NCBI GenBank assembly: GCA_965197905.1 | Contig: CBDAOB010000003.1 | Span: 352,001-416,000, forward strand | Reading direction: 5' to 3' | Source of the DNA: Candidatus Latescibacterota bacterium | Lineage (GTDB): Bacteria; Latescibacterota; UBA2968; UBA8231 | Length of the DNA: 64,000 nucleotides | Shown here: positions 10,247-20,318 of the stretch, piece after piece | Layout of the letters: each line of letters begins with the position of its first letter | Position numbering within the stretch: position 1 is the first letter of the stretch | Notes under the pieces: generated by a model | What the model saw: the letters and a program-made list of their open reading frames with translations, nothing else | Told to the model about the DNA's origin: nothing | Database searches by the model: none | Program-made: the position numbers and the translations under genes

Positions 10247-10335
10247 CATCTGACGTTTCCGCCGTGCCCGAACCGCGAACGCGGTTGCGCGAAGGGCGCA
10301 TGCCCGAAGCCCGGTACGGACGTGTAAAGCGTTGG
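10247..10335. repeat. Branched palindromic attC-like element, copy C
   Basis: gccgtgcccgaaccgcgaacgcggttgcgcgaagggcgcatgcccgaagcccggtacggacgtgt; homologous to copy A. Confidence 0.65.
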
Positions 10336-10364
10336 TGCAGCCTTGGGGAGATCCTATCAATGTT

Positions 10365-10947
10365 TCACCGTGGCTTGATCGCAATTGTGATCATCTGCTC
10401 ACTACTTCGATGAAAAGGCTCACCGGAGATTGATCCGTATATGTTCTCAACTCTCAGCCCAACTTGCTCAACGAGTCTCTTCATTTCGCGAGGTGTATAC
10501 CATTTCTAAGAGGATCGGTTTCGTGGATCATCGATACCGTTCAGGATCCTCCGTAAGTGCATCCTACCCGAGCGATGGTCCCACCTGGACTTGAACAAGA
10601 TCTCACCAATCTCGTGCTGCTTTCGAAGGTTTCGGAGAATCCGCTCGCGATTCAACTGATCGACGAGAAGCCGTCCGCCAGGGCGCAGTCCTCTGGCATA
10701 GCGATCCATCAAGTCGAGATTTTGTTGGTCGGCTGTCGACGAAGGTTCTTCGAATATCCATTCCTACGACATCGATGCCGCTACGGGCGAGTGGTAGCGA
10801 AACGCGACCCGCTCCGCAAGGAGCATATAGTGCGCGCTGATTCGTGCGAAGTCGTAGTGCGCGCTTTACGAATGCAGCCTCCTTCTCCCCGCCTTTGTCG
10901 GGTCGAAGCCACATCCTGTCGTCCATTGTTTCAAACCACTCAGGCAT
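10365..10947 (-). pseudogene. Class I SAM methyltransferase, disrupted (internal deletion/frameshift and stop)
   Basis: PCGAGRVSLPLARSGIDVVGMD in one frame, GLRPGGRLLVD in another, then YTPREMKRLVEQVGL after an in-frame stop. Confidence 0.75.
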
Positions 10948-10986
10948 ATACGAGCCTCGAATCTCGAGGGATTGAGCAGCACTTAC

Positions 10987-11076
10987 GCTTAACGTTTCTC
11001 CGGTTACCGAACTCGCGAAGCGAGTTGTCGGAGACCAAGGCAGCGTAGCTGACCCGGCGGCAATCGGTTGTTACCG
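10987..11076. repeat. Branched palindromic attC-like element, copy D (best-preserved ends)
   Basis: Starts gcttaac (GTTAAGC on minus), ends gttaccg; outer stem ccggttacc/ggcaatcgg; inner aactcgcgaagcgagtt and cagc-gta-gctg. Confidence 0.7.
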
Positions 11077-11188
11077 GATGTGAGATTTCGATTACCCAAA
11101 TACGCCGAGCTTGTCGAGGCCTTGCCCCCAAAGGGGCCAAGGCGTGTCAGCGCCGCAGCGCAAACTGTGTTCTTATGGGATTTGCCAC

Positions 11189-11485
11189 CTAATGAATCCG
11201 CCAATCCGACCAGGCGACTTCGTCTGGCACATTTGGGCAATTCACAAATAAACCCAAAATCTTCCACTCGCCCTCAATCTTACCGATAATCCAGGTGCTC
11301 TTTCGCTTGACCCAGGTTACGGGCCCTCGTCTTCCTGTTTCCTCGGTGACGATATTCTGCAAGCCCGTACCGCTTCCAAGCTTTCGGAAGGTCACGTGAT
11401 TGTCATAGGGAAACAAAGCCCAGCCGAAGTACAGGGCCGTTCCCAAGAGCAGCCATATTTGCATGCGCCTGACTGACGTTCTCAT
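11189..11485 (-). CDS. Hypothetical membrane-anchored protein, possibly internally deleted
   Basis: ATGA overlap with the upstream lipoprotein gene; N-terminal hydrophobic segment; C-terminal KIEGEWKI. Confidence 0.5.
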   Translation of the reverse strand: MRTSVRRMQIWLLLGTALYFGWALFPYDNHVTFRKLGSGTGLQNIVTEETGRRGPVTWVKRKSTWIIGKIEGEWKILGLFVNCPNVPDEVAWSDWRIH

Positions 11486-12903
11486 TGGAAGACCATTACC
11501 CCGTACCGGCCCGGGCGCCTAAGAAGCCCATAGGTGGGAGCCCACAACAGGCTCTCTCCCCCGTGAGCGACACGCACCCTGCCAACGTTCAACCCCCAGA
11601 TATCGCCTTCTTTGACTTCGTAATCGAGCAGGCTCTCGAAACTGATCTCCATCTCCGCGATCCAGTAATTGGGTTTGATCTGAACGCCAAGCCGCATGTC
11701 AGGGTCCCAGCTATAGTCTATGGAAGCCTCCTTCGACAGGTCCGCCCCGATATGTCGGTCCATCGTGGCGCCGATACTATTGATATAGATCTGGTAGTAC
11801 ACCCGCTGATCGAAGTTGGTATCGAGGAACAGCGCCACACTGTCGTCATCCCGCCAGATAGCGCCATCCCGCTTGGTGTATTTGGCGGCAAGCGTACTGG
11901 TATCTTCTTCGTATCCCTTCACGGCAAAGCAAAAGGTGTTGTCGGTGTAACCGATCCAGGCTTCGGTGCGTCCCGAACTGGGTACTGGGCGCATGAGATG
12001 AGCAAGACGGTAGAAACTGTCGACCCTTGCAGCCTGAGCCCAAACGGGGTCGTCCAACAGACCATCGATCTTCGGACTCTCTTTGAAGCGCGGCGCGCGC
12101 ACTAGCATCCCGTGTGCCGATAGAATATCGAGCCCCCGCTCGGTCTTCCCGTTCTGCAGGTAGAACTTGCCCAATCTCATGAGCGCGTTCTTGCTGCGAG
12201 GGCTGTATGCTGCGGCCCGCAGGTAGTGTTCCTCGGCGCCGGCAAGATCAGCCTTCAACGCAAGCTTATCGCCTTCTTGAGCAACCTGCGCAACTAGCTT
12301 CTCGAGTAGTTCCTGAGCCTGCTGACGAAGGCTGTCCGAACCCGCCCGTTCGTACGCGGCGCGGGTCCTCTCGAGCAGCAATTCTCTCTCATCGGCCGAC
12401 AGTTCGTTGCCGCCCGAGATTCTGAAAGCTCCGGTATTTCCCAGATAGTCCTCGCGCCACTTTCCAAGCATCTCCACCGACACGAAAATCTGCAGTAGCA
12501 CCTCCTCTTGCTCCTCCACCTTCAATCGTTGCAGCAGTGGATGAATCAGCTCGGAGCGTTCCCAGTGTCCGAAGGACCGCGCCACGGCGGCCCGTACCTT
12601 GGCCGCCGGATCATCGATCAATTCCTGGAACAGTTCCATTATGCGGGGATCGCTGTCGCGCAGGAACAGTTTGCGGCCAACCTCCACCAGGGCAACCCGA
12701 CCACTCGTCGGATGGGTCGCGTTCTCCAGCGCCGGAACCAATGCCGGAACCACGTCCGCCTTCGAAAGCACCAGATCCATGGCCGCTTCCCGATGATCGC
12801 CGCCCGATGTCACGACCTCCTCCACCAGACTTTCGGAGCGGTCACCGCATGCCAAAAGCGTCAACGTGGTTCCTATAGTCACGAGCACCGGAAGATAGGG
12901 CAT
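11482..12903 (-). CDS. HEAT-repeat/TPR/CBM9-like lipoprotein (satellite copy)
   Basis: Start at 12903 overlaps the permease stop; LTLLAC lipobox; DDPAAKVRAAVA HEAT; PKIDGLLDDPVW...DDDSVALFLD...WIAEMEI CBM9/DOMON-like motifs. Confidence 0.85.
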   Translation of the reverse strand: MPYLPVLVTIGTTLTLLACGDRSESLVEEVVTSGGDHREAAMDLVLSKADVVPALVPALENATHPTSGRVALVEVGRKLFLRDSDPRIMELFQELIDDPAAKVRAAVARSFGHWERSELIHPLLQRLKVEEQEEVLLQIFVSVEMLGKWREDYLGNTGAFRISGGNELSADERELLLERTRAAYERAGSDSLRQQAQELLEKLVAQVAQEGDKLALKADLAGAEEHYLRAAAYSPRSKNALMRLGKFYLQNGKTERGLDILSAHGMLVRAPRFKESPKIDGLLDDPVWAQAARVDSFYRLAHLMRPVPSSGRTEAWIGYTDNTFCFAVKGYEEDTSTLAAKYTKRDGAIWRDDDSVALFLDTNFDQRVYYQIYINSIGATMDRHIGADLSKEASIDYSWDPDMRLGVQIKPNYWIAEMEISFESLLDYEVKEGDIWGLNVGRVRVAHGGESLLWAPTYGLLRRPGRYGVMVFQ

Positions 12904-14324
12904 CAGTGGATCCGTGATCGCAGAAAGGCAAAGTACCCCAGCATGAAGAACACCACGTTCCACAGAACTAACAGCAGAAGATCTGGATACACCAGATTCA
13001 GTCGCTCTTTGAAACTCATGAACTTGAAATCGAACCGTGGGTAGTCAGTCATGTCGATGTTGTCGAACCGGGCCATATCTTCTGCCGTAAAGCGCATAGT
13101 TCCCGATTTTGACTGCTCGAGCATGAATGCGTCGTACTCCGTCCTTTTCTCCGCGATGAATTTCTGCCACGTGCTTCCATGGCTCTCAAGGGCTTCGACG
13201 AACCGGCTTTCCTGCGCTACCCCGGCAGCCGCCAGATCAAACGCCGCCAGGTTGAATGCGGTCACCGGCGAGAGCCGTGCGAAAACGCCAGACCAACGCG
13301 CTCGGTCCTCGAACCGAACCCGGTAGTCTTCCTCGACCCGTGCCGTCTGCTCTTCATACGTTTGCCACATCGAACGGGATTTCTCCTGGAACTGTTCATC
13401 GCCCCAGAAGTTGGCAATTCCGGTACGTTCCTTCTCTTCTTTCGCAAGCTCTTGCATGGCCTGCTGACCTTCGCGCTGAATCTCCTGCTTTTCACGATTC
13501 ACGCTGACACGCGAGGGAACATCGATCAGATGCCGCACTAGGTAGGGTGCCGTGTTGGGAACCGCCAGCACGAACCCTACCCAGAGGAGAAGCAGCGTCG
13601 TTATCGCAGTTGTGGGGCTCTGGGACATGGAAGAGACGAAGATGCCAACGGAAAACAGGGCGCCGATGAAGAGCAATGCGGCAACCAGAATGGCGAAAAC
13701 GGACAGGGAGGTTTCAAGAGAAGGAACCACCCGGGGCGAGAGAGTGGCTATCAACAAGGCTGCCAATACTGCCAACACGAAGGGCGCGATGAGAGCGACG
13801 TACCCGCCGATCCATTTGGCCAGAATCAGCTTATCCCGTGGAACGCTGTACGACATGACCAGCTTTAGCAGCCCGCTTTCCCGCTCGCCAGCGACACAAT
13901 CGTAGCTGAAAGCGAACGCCAGCAGGCTCATGATCACTCCGACGATGAAAACCAGATCCAGGCGAGGAAAGAGCAGAACGACGGGATTTTGCTCGGACCG
14001 TTCGGGAAAATCGATGCTGTGTCCTCGCGTGAATCGCACCGTTTCCGTGAGCTCGGGCGTGATACCGCGCACCAGCACATTCATCACGTTTGCGGGGCGA
14101 TCCAGCGCAATGCCTTTCCACAGATCTTGAATTTTAGTTCGGGCAACGATTTCGCCGTGATGACGAGCCACGTTGACGTTGTATTCAGAGGCCGCCTCGC
14201 TGAAATCGCGCGACGCCACCCCTGAGCTCAACAACAACACGACGAGGCAGAGAATGCTGGCGATAGCAAAACGCAAGGACAGCAGGTGATCGAGAAGCTC
14301 TCGACGAACCAGATGCAGCAGCAT
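12903..14324 (-). CDS. ABC-2-like transporter permease with large periplasmic domains
   Basis: RRELLDHLLSLRF, YDCVAGERESGLLKLVMSYSVPRDKLILAKWIGG, multiple TM helices. Confidence 0.9.
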   Translation of the reverse strand: MLLHLVRRELLDHLLSLRFAIASILCLVVLLLSSGVASRDFSEAASEYNVNVARHHGEIVARTKIQDLWKGIALDRPANVMNVLVRGITPELTETVRFTRGHSIDFPERSEQNPVVLLFPRLDLVFIVGVIMSLLAFAFSYDCVAGERESGLLKLVMSYSVPRDKLILAKWIGGYVALIAPFVLAVLAALLIATLSPRVVPSLETSLSVFAILVAALLFIGALFSVGIFVSSMSQSPTTAITTLLLLWVGFVLAVPNTAPYLVRHLIDVPSRVSVNREKQEIQREGQQAMQELAKEEKERTGIANFWGDEQFQEKSRSMWQTYEEQTARVEEDYRVRFEDRARWSGVFARLSPVTAFNLAAFDLAAAGVAQESRFVEALESHGSTWQKFIAEKRTEYDAFMLEQSKSGTMRFTAEDMARFDNIDMTDYPRFDFKFMSFKERLNLVYPDLLLLVLWNVVFFMLGYFAFLRSRIH

Positions 14325-14421
14325 AGATTATGCCCGCCGGGCTGGCACCAAAGAGCGGTGCTGTAGCGATAACCCGGATCGACCGACCGCTCGGATCTTG
14401 GATCGTACCGGAAGCCAGTTG

Positions 14422-15810
14422 CTAGGTGATGTCATAGCGTAGAAAGAAGAGATAGGATCCCATAAAAAAGACCACGTTGAACACGACCAGAAGTAAGCCG
14501 TCGAACATGACCGCGTTCAGGCTGTTGTTCAGACTCTCCCGAAAGAGTTCGAACCTGGGAAGATCACCAGGATTAAACCAGTCCGGATTCGTCGCCACAA
14601 CACCTCCTTGACTCCAGTCGAAATTGTCGCGGTTGTACAACACGTTTCGCCGATAGTCTTCCATGCCTTTTTGAAAACGGTCCCGAGCGATGTTGAACTG
14701 CTCGGATAGTAACAAGCCCGTGCCGGCAAGACGCGTGACCGCAAACAGATAGCTGGAAGCGGGCGATATGCGAGCAAGATTCTGGCTGAGCGAAACCTGT
14801 CCAGCCATCTTCCGTTGGTAGAACTCTTCCACGACCCGTTGATTGCGCTCACCCTCCGCTTTGATCTTCTCTATCCCTTCGTCGTTGAGATAGATCCGGC
14901 TTCGCCAGTGCCGGCGCTCGAGTAATCGCTGTTCCTGTTGCAGCGCCCGTTTTTCCGCCTCAACGACAAGACGGTCGGGCACCACCACCACCAGACGGGC
15001 GACTACGGGTGCCAGGTTCGGGATTACCAGAACCCAACCGATCCAGATCAGTAGTGCCACCAGCAATGCGGTGGCGCTTCGGTGTGTAAGGGTCGAGATC
15101 AACAATCCCAATGTGAAGAAGGTGGAGATGTAGAGAAGGGAGAGCGCTATGATCGTGAGGAAACGAGTCGAGTCCTCCGATGTGAGTTGCACGGCACCGT
15201 CGATTCTTACGTATACGAAGCCGGCGAATGCGGCCACAACGAACGGCAGAGCTGTCGTCACATAACCTCCAATCCACTTCCCCAGAAGAACGGTATCCCT
15301 GGGCACCGAGTTGGAGAGCAGCAGTTTGAGCGTCCCACGCTCTTTCTCGCCGCAGACCGAGTCGAAAACGAAGAGCAATGCGAGCAGGCTAAGCACGACA
15401 TGAACTACGAAGGCAAAATCAGGCGTCTGAATCAGTTCAAACAGCAGCTGACGGCTGTCGCGCTCCTCACTGGTGGACACGAACTGATGTCCGGTGCTCA
15501 CGTGGATGGGAAGCTTGCCATCCAGTCCTGTGGCAAGAATACTCAGGGCCATTGGCCGTCGCGTTCCGTTTACCCCTCCTTGGAGTGCCTGAAATTGATG
15601 ATTGGCATCTTCCATCCGGGTGAAACCCTCGACGCGCTCCTCTTCCTTGCGGATTTCCGTCGCCGCCACCTGCCGGCGCTCCAGAAAATCGCTGGTCATG
15701 AGGTACATCGCCATGAGAATCAGGCCGCACAGCATCATATACGCTGCAACGAACCTGAAACTCAGAATGTTGTTGACGATTTCTTTCCGAATGATGTGGA
15801 GGAGGGTCAT
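14422..15810 (-). CDS. ABC-2-like transporter permease
   Basis: RKEIVNNILSFRF, FDSVCGEKERGTLKLLLSNSVPRD, ends FLRYDIT. Confidence 0.9.
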   Translation of the reverse strand: MTLLHIIRKEIVNNILSFRFVAAYMMLCGLILMAMYLMTSDFLERRQVAATEIRKEEERVEGFTRMEDANHQFQALQGGVNGTRRPMALSILATGLDGKLPIHVSTGHQFVSTSEERDSRQLLFELIQTPDFAFVVHVVLSLLALLFVFDSVCGEKERGTLKLLLSNSVPRDTVLLGKWIGGYVTTALPFVVAAFAGFVYVRIDGAVQLTSEDSTRFLTIIALSLLYISTFFTLGLLISTLTHRSATALLVALLIWIGWVLVIPNLAPVVARLVVVVPDRLVVEAEKRALQQEQRLLERRHWRSRIYLNDEGIEKIKAEGERNQRVVEEFYQRKMAGQVSLSQNLARISPASSYLFAVTRLAGTGLLLSEQFNIARDRFQKGMEDYRRNVLYNRDNFDWSQGGVVATNPDWFNPGDLPRFELFRESLNNSLNAVMFDGLLLVVFNVVFFMGSYLFFLRYDIT

Positions 15811-15967
15811 ACGCACGGAGGGAGGCTCAGGCAGACCAAAGGCGCGTTGATTGAGAGAAGAGTGTTCCGTAGGGATCCGCCTGCCTGCGTGGACCGCTCT
15901 TGAAAGTTTATGAAAATGCTGCTAACGATCAGACGGATCCTCATGGGACAATCTTCTTGGTCACGAT

Positions 15968-16774
15968 CTAAACCGCTTGCTCCTGCCGGCGCGCCTCATG
16001 CACCATGGCGACCAATGCTGCGCGGGTCTGTTCGCTGTTGCGCACCTCATTCTCAAATGGGATGCGCACACTCTTCATACCCTCCCCGGTGGTCAACCGC
16101 AGCTGGAATCCGAGTCGGTCGATGGAAGTCATCCTGGCTTCACTCGCTTCGACGCCGGCAAAGACCTGAGCCAGCAGCAGACCGGCGTCGGCGTGATCGG
16201 TGTTCATGTGCTCCAGAATGGACGGCCCCTGGTTGGCCAGTGGATCGACCTCGGCAGCAGAGTAATCGGCCGCCGAAACCCAGCCCATGGCGCCGAAACC
16301 CCCGACGAAATAGAGGTCCTCGATCACCATCCGATAGAATGCGAAATCGTCGAAGTCGACCCAGTAACTGGCGTTTTCATAGCGCGCCAGATAACGCTCC
16401 CGGATCGAGTCCAGCTGCGCCTCGGGCACCCTGGTGGCTCGGCCCATCAAGGTCACTCGGCCAGCGCCCAGGGGGTCACCTTCGGTCTCCGTCTGGGTGA
16501 CCAGCAGACTGGTCCGCGGCTCGTCGGTCAAGTTCTGAGTGTGCATGGCCATTGTGCTGATCAGAAAGCAGGGGCTGCCTTCCTCATCCAGCCCATAGGG
16601 CATCACCGAGCCGAAGGGCCAGCCGGGATGCTTACGCGAGATAGTAGACAGGCTGCCGACACGGCCCAGATGGACGAGGGTGCGAGCCCGCTCAGCATGG
16701 CTGGGCTCGGGCAGGGGCTGCTGCTCTTGTTCCACTCTATTTCCGCCATGCTGGCGGGGCGGCTTGCTGGCCAT
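15968..16774 (-). CDS. HugZ/pyridoxamine 5'-phosphate oxidase-like protein with DUF2470-like C-terminus
   Basis: GWPFGSVMPY, LISTMAMHTQNL, YFVGGFGAMGWV, ILEHMNTDHAD, IDRLGF. Confidence 0.9.
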   Translation of the reverse strand: MASKPPRQHGGNRVEQEQQPLPEPSHAERARTLVHLGRVGSLSTISRKHPGWPFGSVMPYGLDEEGSPCFLISTMAMHTQNLTDEPRTSLLVTQTETEGDPLGAGRVTLMGRATRVPEAQLDSIRERYLARYENASYWVDFDDFAFYRMVIEDLYFVGGFGAMGWVSAADYSAAEVDPLANQGPSILEHMNTDHADAGLLLAQVFAGVEASEARMTSIDRLGFQLRLTTGEGMKSVRIPFENEVRNSEQTRAALVAMVHEARRQEQAV

Positions 16775-17244
16775 CTATGGAGCACCGGTGAGGGCGAGCA
16801 CGCAGTCTTCCTCAGTGGTCTGGTGTAGGAGATCCGCAATCCTGGCAACACTCGCGCTCAGCAGGTCGTCAAACAGCCGATATGTAGCCATGGTGCCTCC
16901 TTTGGTTGGTGTCCATTATCGGGTTGAAGATGAGGCAAATTCTGCTACGATTGCAAGGAAGAACGCCTCCGTAATCATTTCATCGCAGCGATCATCTTGT
17001 AGTGGAAGATAAACAGTTGGTGGCTCATAGGGCCGGAGGCGGGCGCCACATGTTACCTGAAGTTAGCACGGCCACATTCACGGCGAAGCCCTTCAGGAAG
17101 AGTATAGCGCACACCATTACCAAAGATCTTATTTTGATTTTGTTGCGGTTAGGAGATACGTGCCGGGAAGCGACTTTGTTTCTTCGAGGTTATCACCGAA
17201 TCGCCAACGAGCCCCGCTGGAATATTCAGAAAGATGGTCAATGC

Positions 17245-17565
17245 TCAGACCCGATGACACCAGAGCTGTGATGACGTCGCCCAGCGGCCAGATGAATTGA
17301 TACTTGGTTTCCTGCGCGTTCTTCCCGCCTTCGAAGTGCCTCCAACCTGATCCGATGTGGGCGTTCTCCGGCTGAAATAATCACGTTCTATCGTCAATCC
17401 GTCATCGCGTAAGATAAGACATCCTGCAATGGGGTGTTCCTCCAGCAGCAGCAGCCTTCCGCCATCACGTAAGGCGGACGAAACGCTACTTGCCCAAGCC
17501 TCGACATCTGGAATCCACATCAAGGAGCCACCGCCAGTATGCACCAAGTCGAATCCACCTGCCGT
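17245..17565 (-). pseudogene. SAM methyltransferase C-terminal fragment, frameshifted
   Basis: FDLVHTGGGSLMWIPDVEAWA..SALRDGGRLLLLEEHP; no N-terminus. Confidence 0.65.
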
Positions 17566-17616
17566 GAGTTCAAATCTTTCAAGCTCTCGGTTCGAGAAGA
17601 CGGTGGTTCTGGTCGC

Positions 17617-18438
17617 TCAGTCTAAGATGGGGCCACCCGCAATCAGATCATCGCACCTTCCACAAGGGATCTTAGCGCAATGGGTCACATAGGGATCCTG
17701 GGTGATGGCCTGTGTTGTGGCTTCCAGTACGCCTGAAGCTGGATAGACCTTCCAGTCGCTCTTTCCAACCATTCCAGCCCTTACCAGTGGTGACAATGCC
17801 GATTCGAAGTTAAGGAACCCATCAGAACACCCTCCAGCCTCCACTGCCACCGGCTGGCCATCAGGGCCATTTGCCCATCTCCTGTATAGGACCCGCCCAG
17901 CCTTCTTCTCCGCCAGATGTATCAGAGTCATTTTCGTCAGATCGACTCCCGCAAGAACCACACTGCCGCCTTCTTCAGCTAAGGCGTCCAAAGGAGCGTA
18001 GACGTCATTCGCCTGCTGTCCTTTCAACAACTGATCAGACAATGGTCCTACCGCAGCAAAGGAACAGATCGGATGGTTTCCCCTTACGCTTCCCGGCCAT
18101 CTCATAACGGCAACAGAGATGGTTCCCATATCCTGATCTATCTCCGAACTCGTTTCGGGATCGAAAACACTGTTCACGTCTGTTCGAGTTCGAGACAGGT
18201 ACTCGTAATCGGCGGCATTTCGACGAAACTACAAATGTGCTGGGGGAGAAACGGCGTACCCCCAGCTGAATGCTGGCACAAGCAATGTGCACTCCTCAGA
18301 AAGAAACGCTTCGACAACTGTCGGCGCCCGCCCCTCAACCCTACCGAATGACCGCAGTGATGAATGCAGGCATACAGGTTTGAGTTCAAGTCGTAGCTCG
18401 CGAATCGCGAATCGGAGCTCATCAGAGGTGACCATCAC
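17617..18438 (-). pseudogene. Aminoglycoside N(3)-acetyltransferase (AAC(3)) family, frameshifted near 18200
   Basis: CLHSSLRSFGRVEG..TLLVPAFS (18229-18438), then MGTIS, HPICSFAAVG, LAGV..MTLIHLAE, GCSDGF (17617-18177). Confidence 0.8.
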
Positions 18439-18659
18439 GCGTTCCGTCTAGAGGTGTCATGGTCGTCCGCCTCTCGTCGCTCTAATGGTCAAATCCTATC
18501 TATCGTGTGTAAACTACGCGTAAACCGTTCACAGACCAGAGGCATCGTCTTGTCCACCGACCGGGATCGGCAATTGGTTCTGTAACTTGAAGGATGAGAA
18601 CTCAAATGGTGTCCGACCCCACAACCACACTACCATCTTCTTCGAATCGAGAACTTGAA

Positions 18660-18787
18660 AATCCCGTTTCCGGGCTTGAGCGCCCCAGGCGTCCATCCGT
18701 GTCTCTCAGGCCGCGCACGAGCCCGTCGGCGACATGTGTCTTTCCCACGCAGGTATCGGTGCCCAGAATCACGAGGCCGGAGCTCAT
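18660..18787 (-). pseudogene. bioD: Dethiobiotin synthase N-terminal fragment
   Basis: GLVILGTDTCVGKT P-loop, followed by a frameshifted KP..TG motif, then truncation; ATGA overlap with the upstream KAS III gene. Confidence 0.75.
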
Positions 18788-19758
18788 GCGCAGACCTCGA
18801 GGAGCGTGGCACTCGCGTTGAGTCCCGCTCCAACGGAGGCGAGGAGGAGTCTGTCGCCGAACTCGAAGGAGTTTCGCTCTTCATCCAACAGGATTGGAAT
18901 GCTGGCGGCCGACGTGTTGCCGTAGCGGTCGAGATGATTGCTCACACGCTCCGCCGGAATGGTGAGTCGTTCCGCGATCATCTCGATGATCCGCGCGTTT
19001 GCCTGGTGCGGCAGGAAATGGTCGATGGTGGGATTGTCGGCCAGCAGTTCCGTCGCCACCTCGCACAACAGGTCCACGGCGCGTCGAAACGGTACCGGCC
19101 CCTTCTCGAAGCGCATGAGATGGGCCCCGGCCTCCAGAAGCGCGTGGTCCAACGGAGTCCGCGATCCACCGGCGGGAATCCAGACGGCGTCGCGATAAGC
19201 ACCGTCGCTTCGGCTCCGGTGAGCACCGAGGCGAAAGCGACCCTTTGACGATCCCGAAACGACCACTGCGCCCGCGCCATCGCCGAAGAGTGCCGCGGTG
19301 GATGGATCGTTCCAGGCCACGCGACGCGAGAGGATATTGGACGCCGCGACCAGAACGGGCGCTCCGCCTGTTAGGCACAATGCGCGCGCCTGCTCGAGCG
19401 CCAGCAGGAAGCCACAGCAGGCACCGGCAAGATCGAATGCGGGGGCATTGCTGCCGAGTCTATGCGCCAGTTCGAACGCGCTGGGGGGCAGCAGGTGATC
19501 GGGGGTACTCGTCGCGAGAATCACATGTCCAAGCTCCGCGGCATTCGTGCCCGCGTCTTCGAGCGCGGCGATGGACGCCCGCAACGCGAGGTCTACGCAT
19601 GCCTCGCCCTCCGCGGCCAGGCGCCTTGCCATGACTCCGGTGCGCCGCTCGATCCAGCCGGCCTCGAGTCGAAGCCGCTCCTCGAGTTCGCTGCTGAGAA
19701 GCTCTTTGGCGGGGAGAGCGCATCCCGTGCCGAGTATGTGAACGCTGGATTCAGGCAT
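18784..19758 (-). CDS. 3-oxoacyl-ACP synthase III (FabH-like; BioZ-like by context)
   Basis: WIERRTG, ATSTPD, GACCGF, FGDGAGA, PHQAN, GNTSAAS catalytic motifs. Confidence 0.9.
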   Translation of the reverse strand: MPESSVHILGTGCALPAKELLSSELEERLRLEAGWIERRTGVMARRLAAEGEACVDLALRASIAALEDAGTNAAELGHVILATSTPDHLLPPSAFELAHRLGSNAPAFDLAGACCGFLLALEQARALCLTGGAPVLVAASNILSRRVAWNDPSTAALFGDGAGAVVVSGSSKGRFRLGAHRSRSDGAYRDAVWIPAGGSRTPLDHALLEAGAHLMRFEKGPVPFRRAVDLLCEVATELLADNPTIDHFLPHQANARIIEMIAERLTIPAERVSNHLDRYGNTSAASIPILLDEERNSFEFGDRLLLASVGAGLNASATLLEVCA

Positions 19759-19828
19759 GGCTCGTTTCGGCGCGCCGCGATGACTTAGTGTACGGGTGTG
19801 GATATCGCCGATCGCCCGACGGGCTCAC

Positions 19829-20233
19829 TCATTGCTGGCCAGTATTTCTTGGTAGATTTCCATGTTTCGATCTCGTGGCGACAAACCAGTACAGCAAACC
19901 GTTTCCCACCAACGCTGCCGTCCCTAAAGCCAGCTGTATTTCCCGCGTCAAACCAGAGGGATACAACAGAGGGAAGATGTAGTTGCCGACGAAATCGCCC
20001 GAGTACGCACTTGCTCCTGCCATTGTGCGGTATTCGATTTCCAGGGGCGTGAGCGGACAGTTCCAACCCGCAATCTCGACGATGCCCGCCCACAAGACGG
20101 CTGGGATATGCAGCCAGGCGACACGGTGCCAACGCAAGACCAACAAGGCACCTAACGCGACGAAGAGCACAAAGGCGAAATGAACGGAGGCAACCGTGAC
20201 GAAGGCAAGTTGATTGATACAGGCCGCAATCAC
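19829..20233 (-). CDS. DUF2784-like membrane protein
   Basis: VHFAFVLFV, LHIPAVLW, CPLTPLE, YIFPLLYPSGLT. Confidence 0.85.
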   Translation of the reverse strand: MIAACINQLAFVTVASVHFAFVLFVALGALLVLRWHRVAWLHIPAVLWAGIVEIAGWNCPLTPLEIEYRTMAGASAYSGDFVGNYIFPLLYPSGLTREIQLALGTAALVGNGLLYWFVATRSKHGNLPRNTGQQ

Positions 20234-20318
20234 GGTACAAAAGCCCCTGAAGGTTAGGCGCTATCCCTATGCTGCCCGAATATCCATCGTACTCTGAATT
20301 CACAGCGCCAGGTAGTGC

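Noticed and set aside
17617..18438. Functional aminoglycoside resistance gene
   Set aside because: Frameshifted as given, and AAC(3)-family membership alone does not show resistance.
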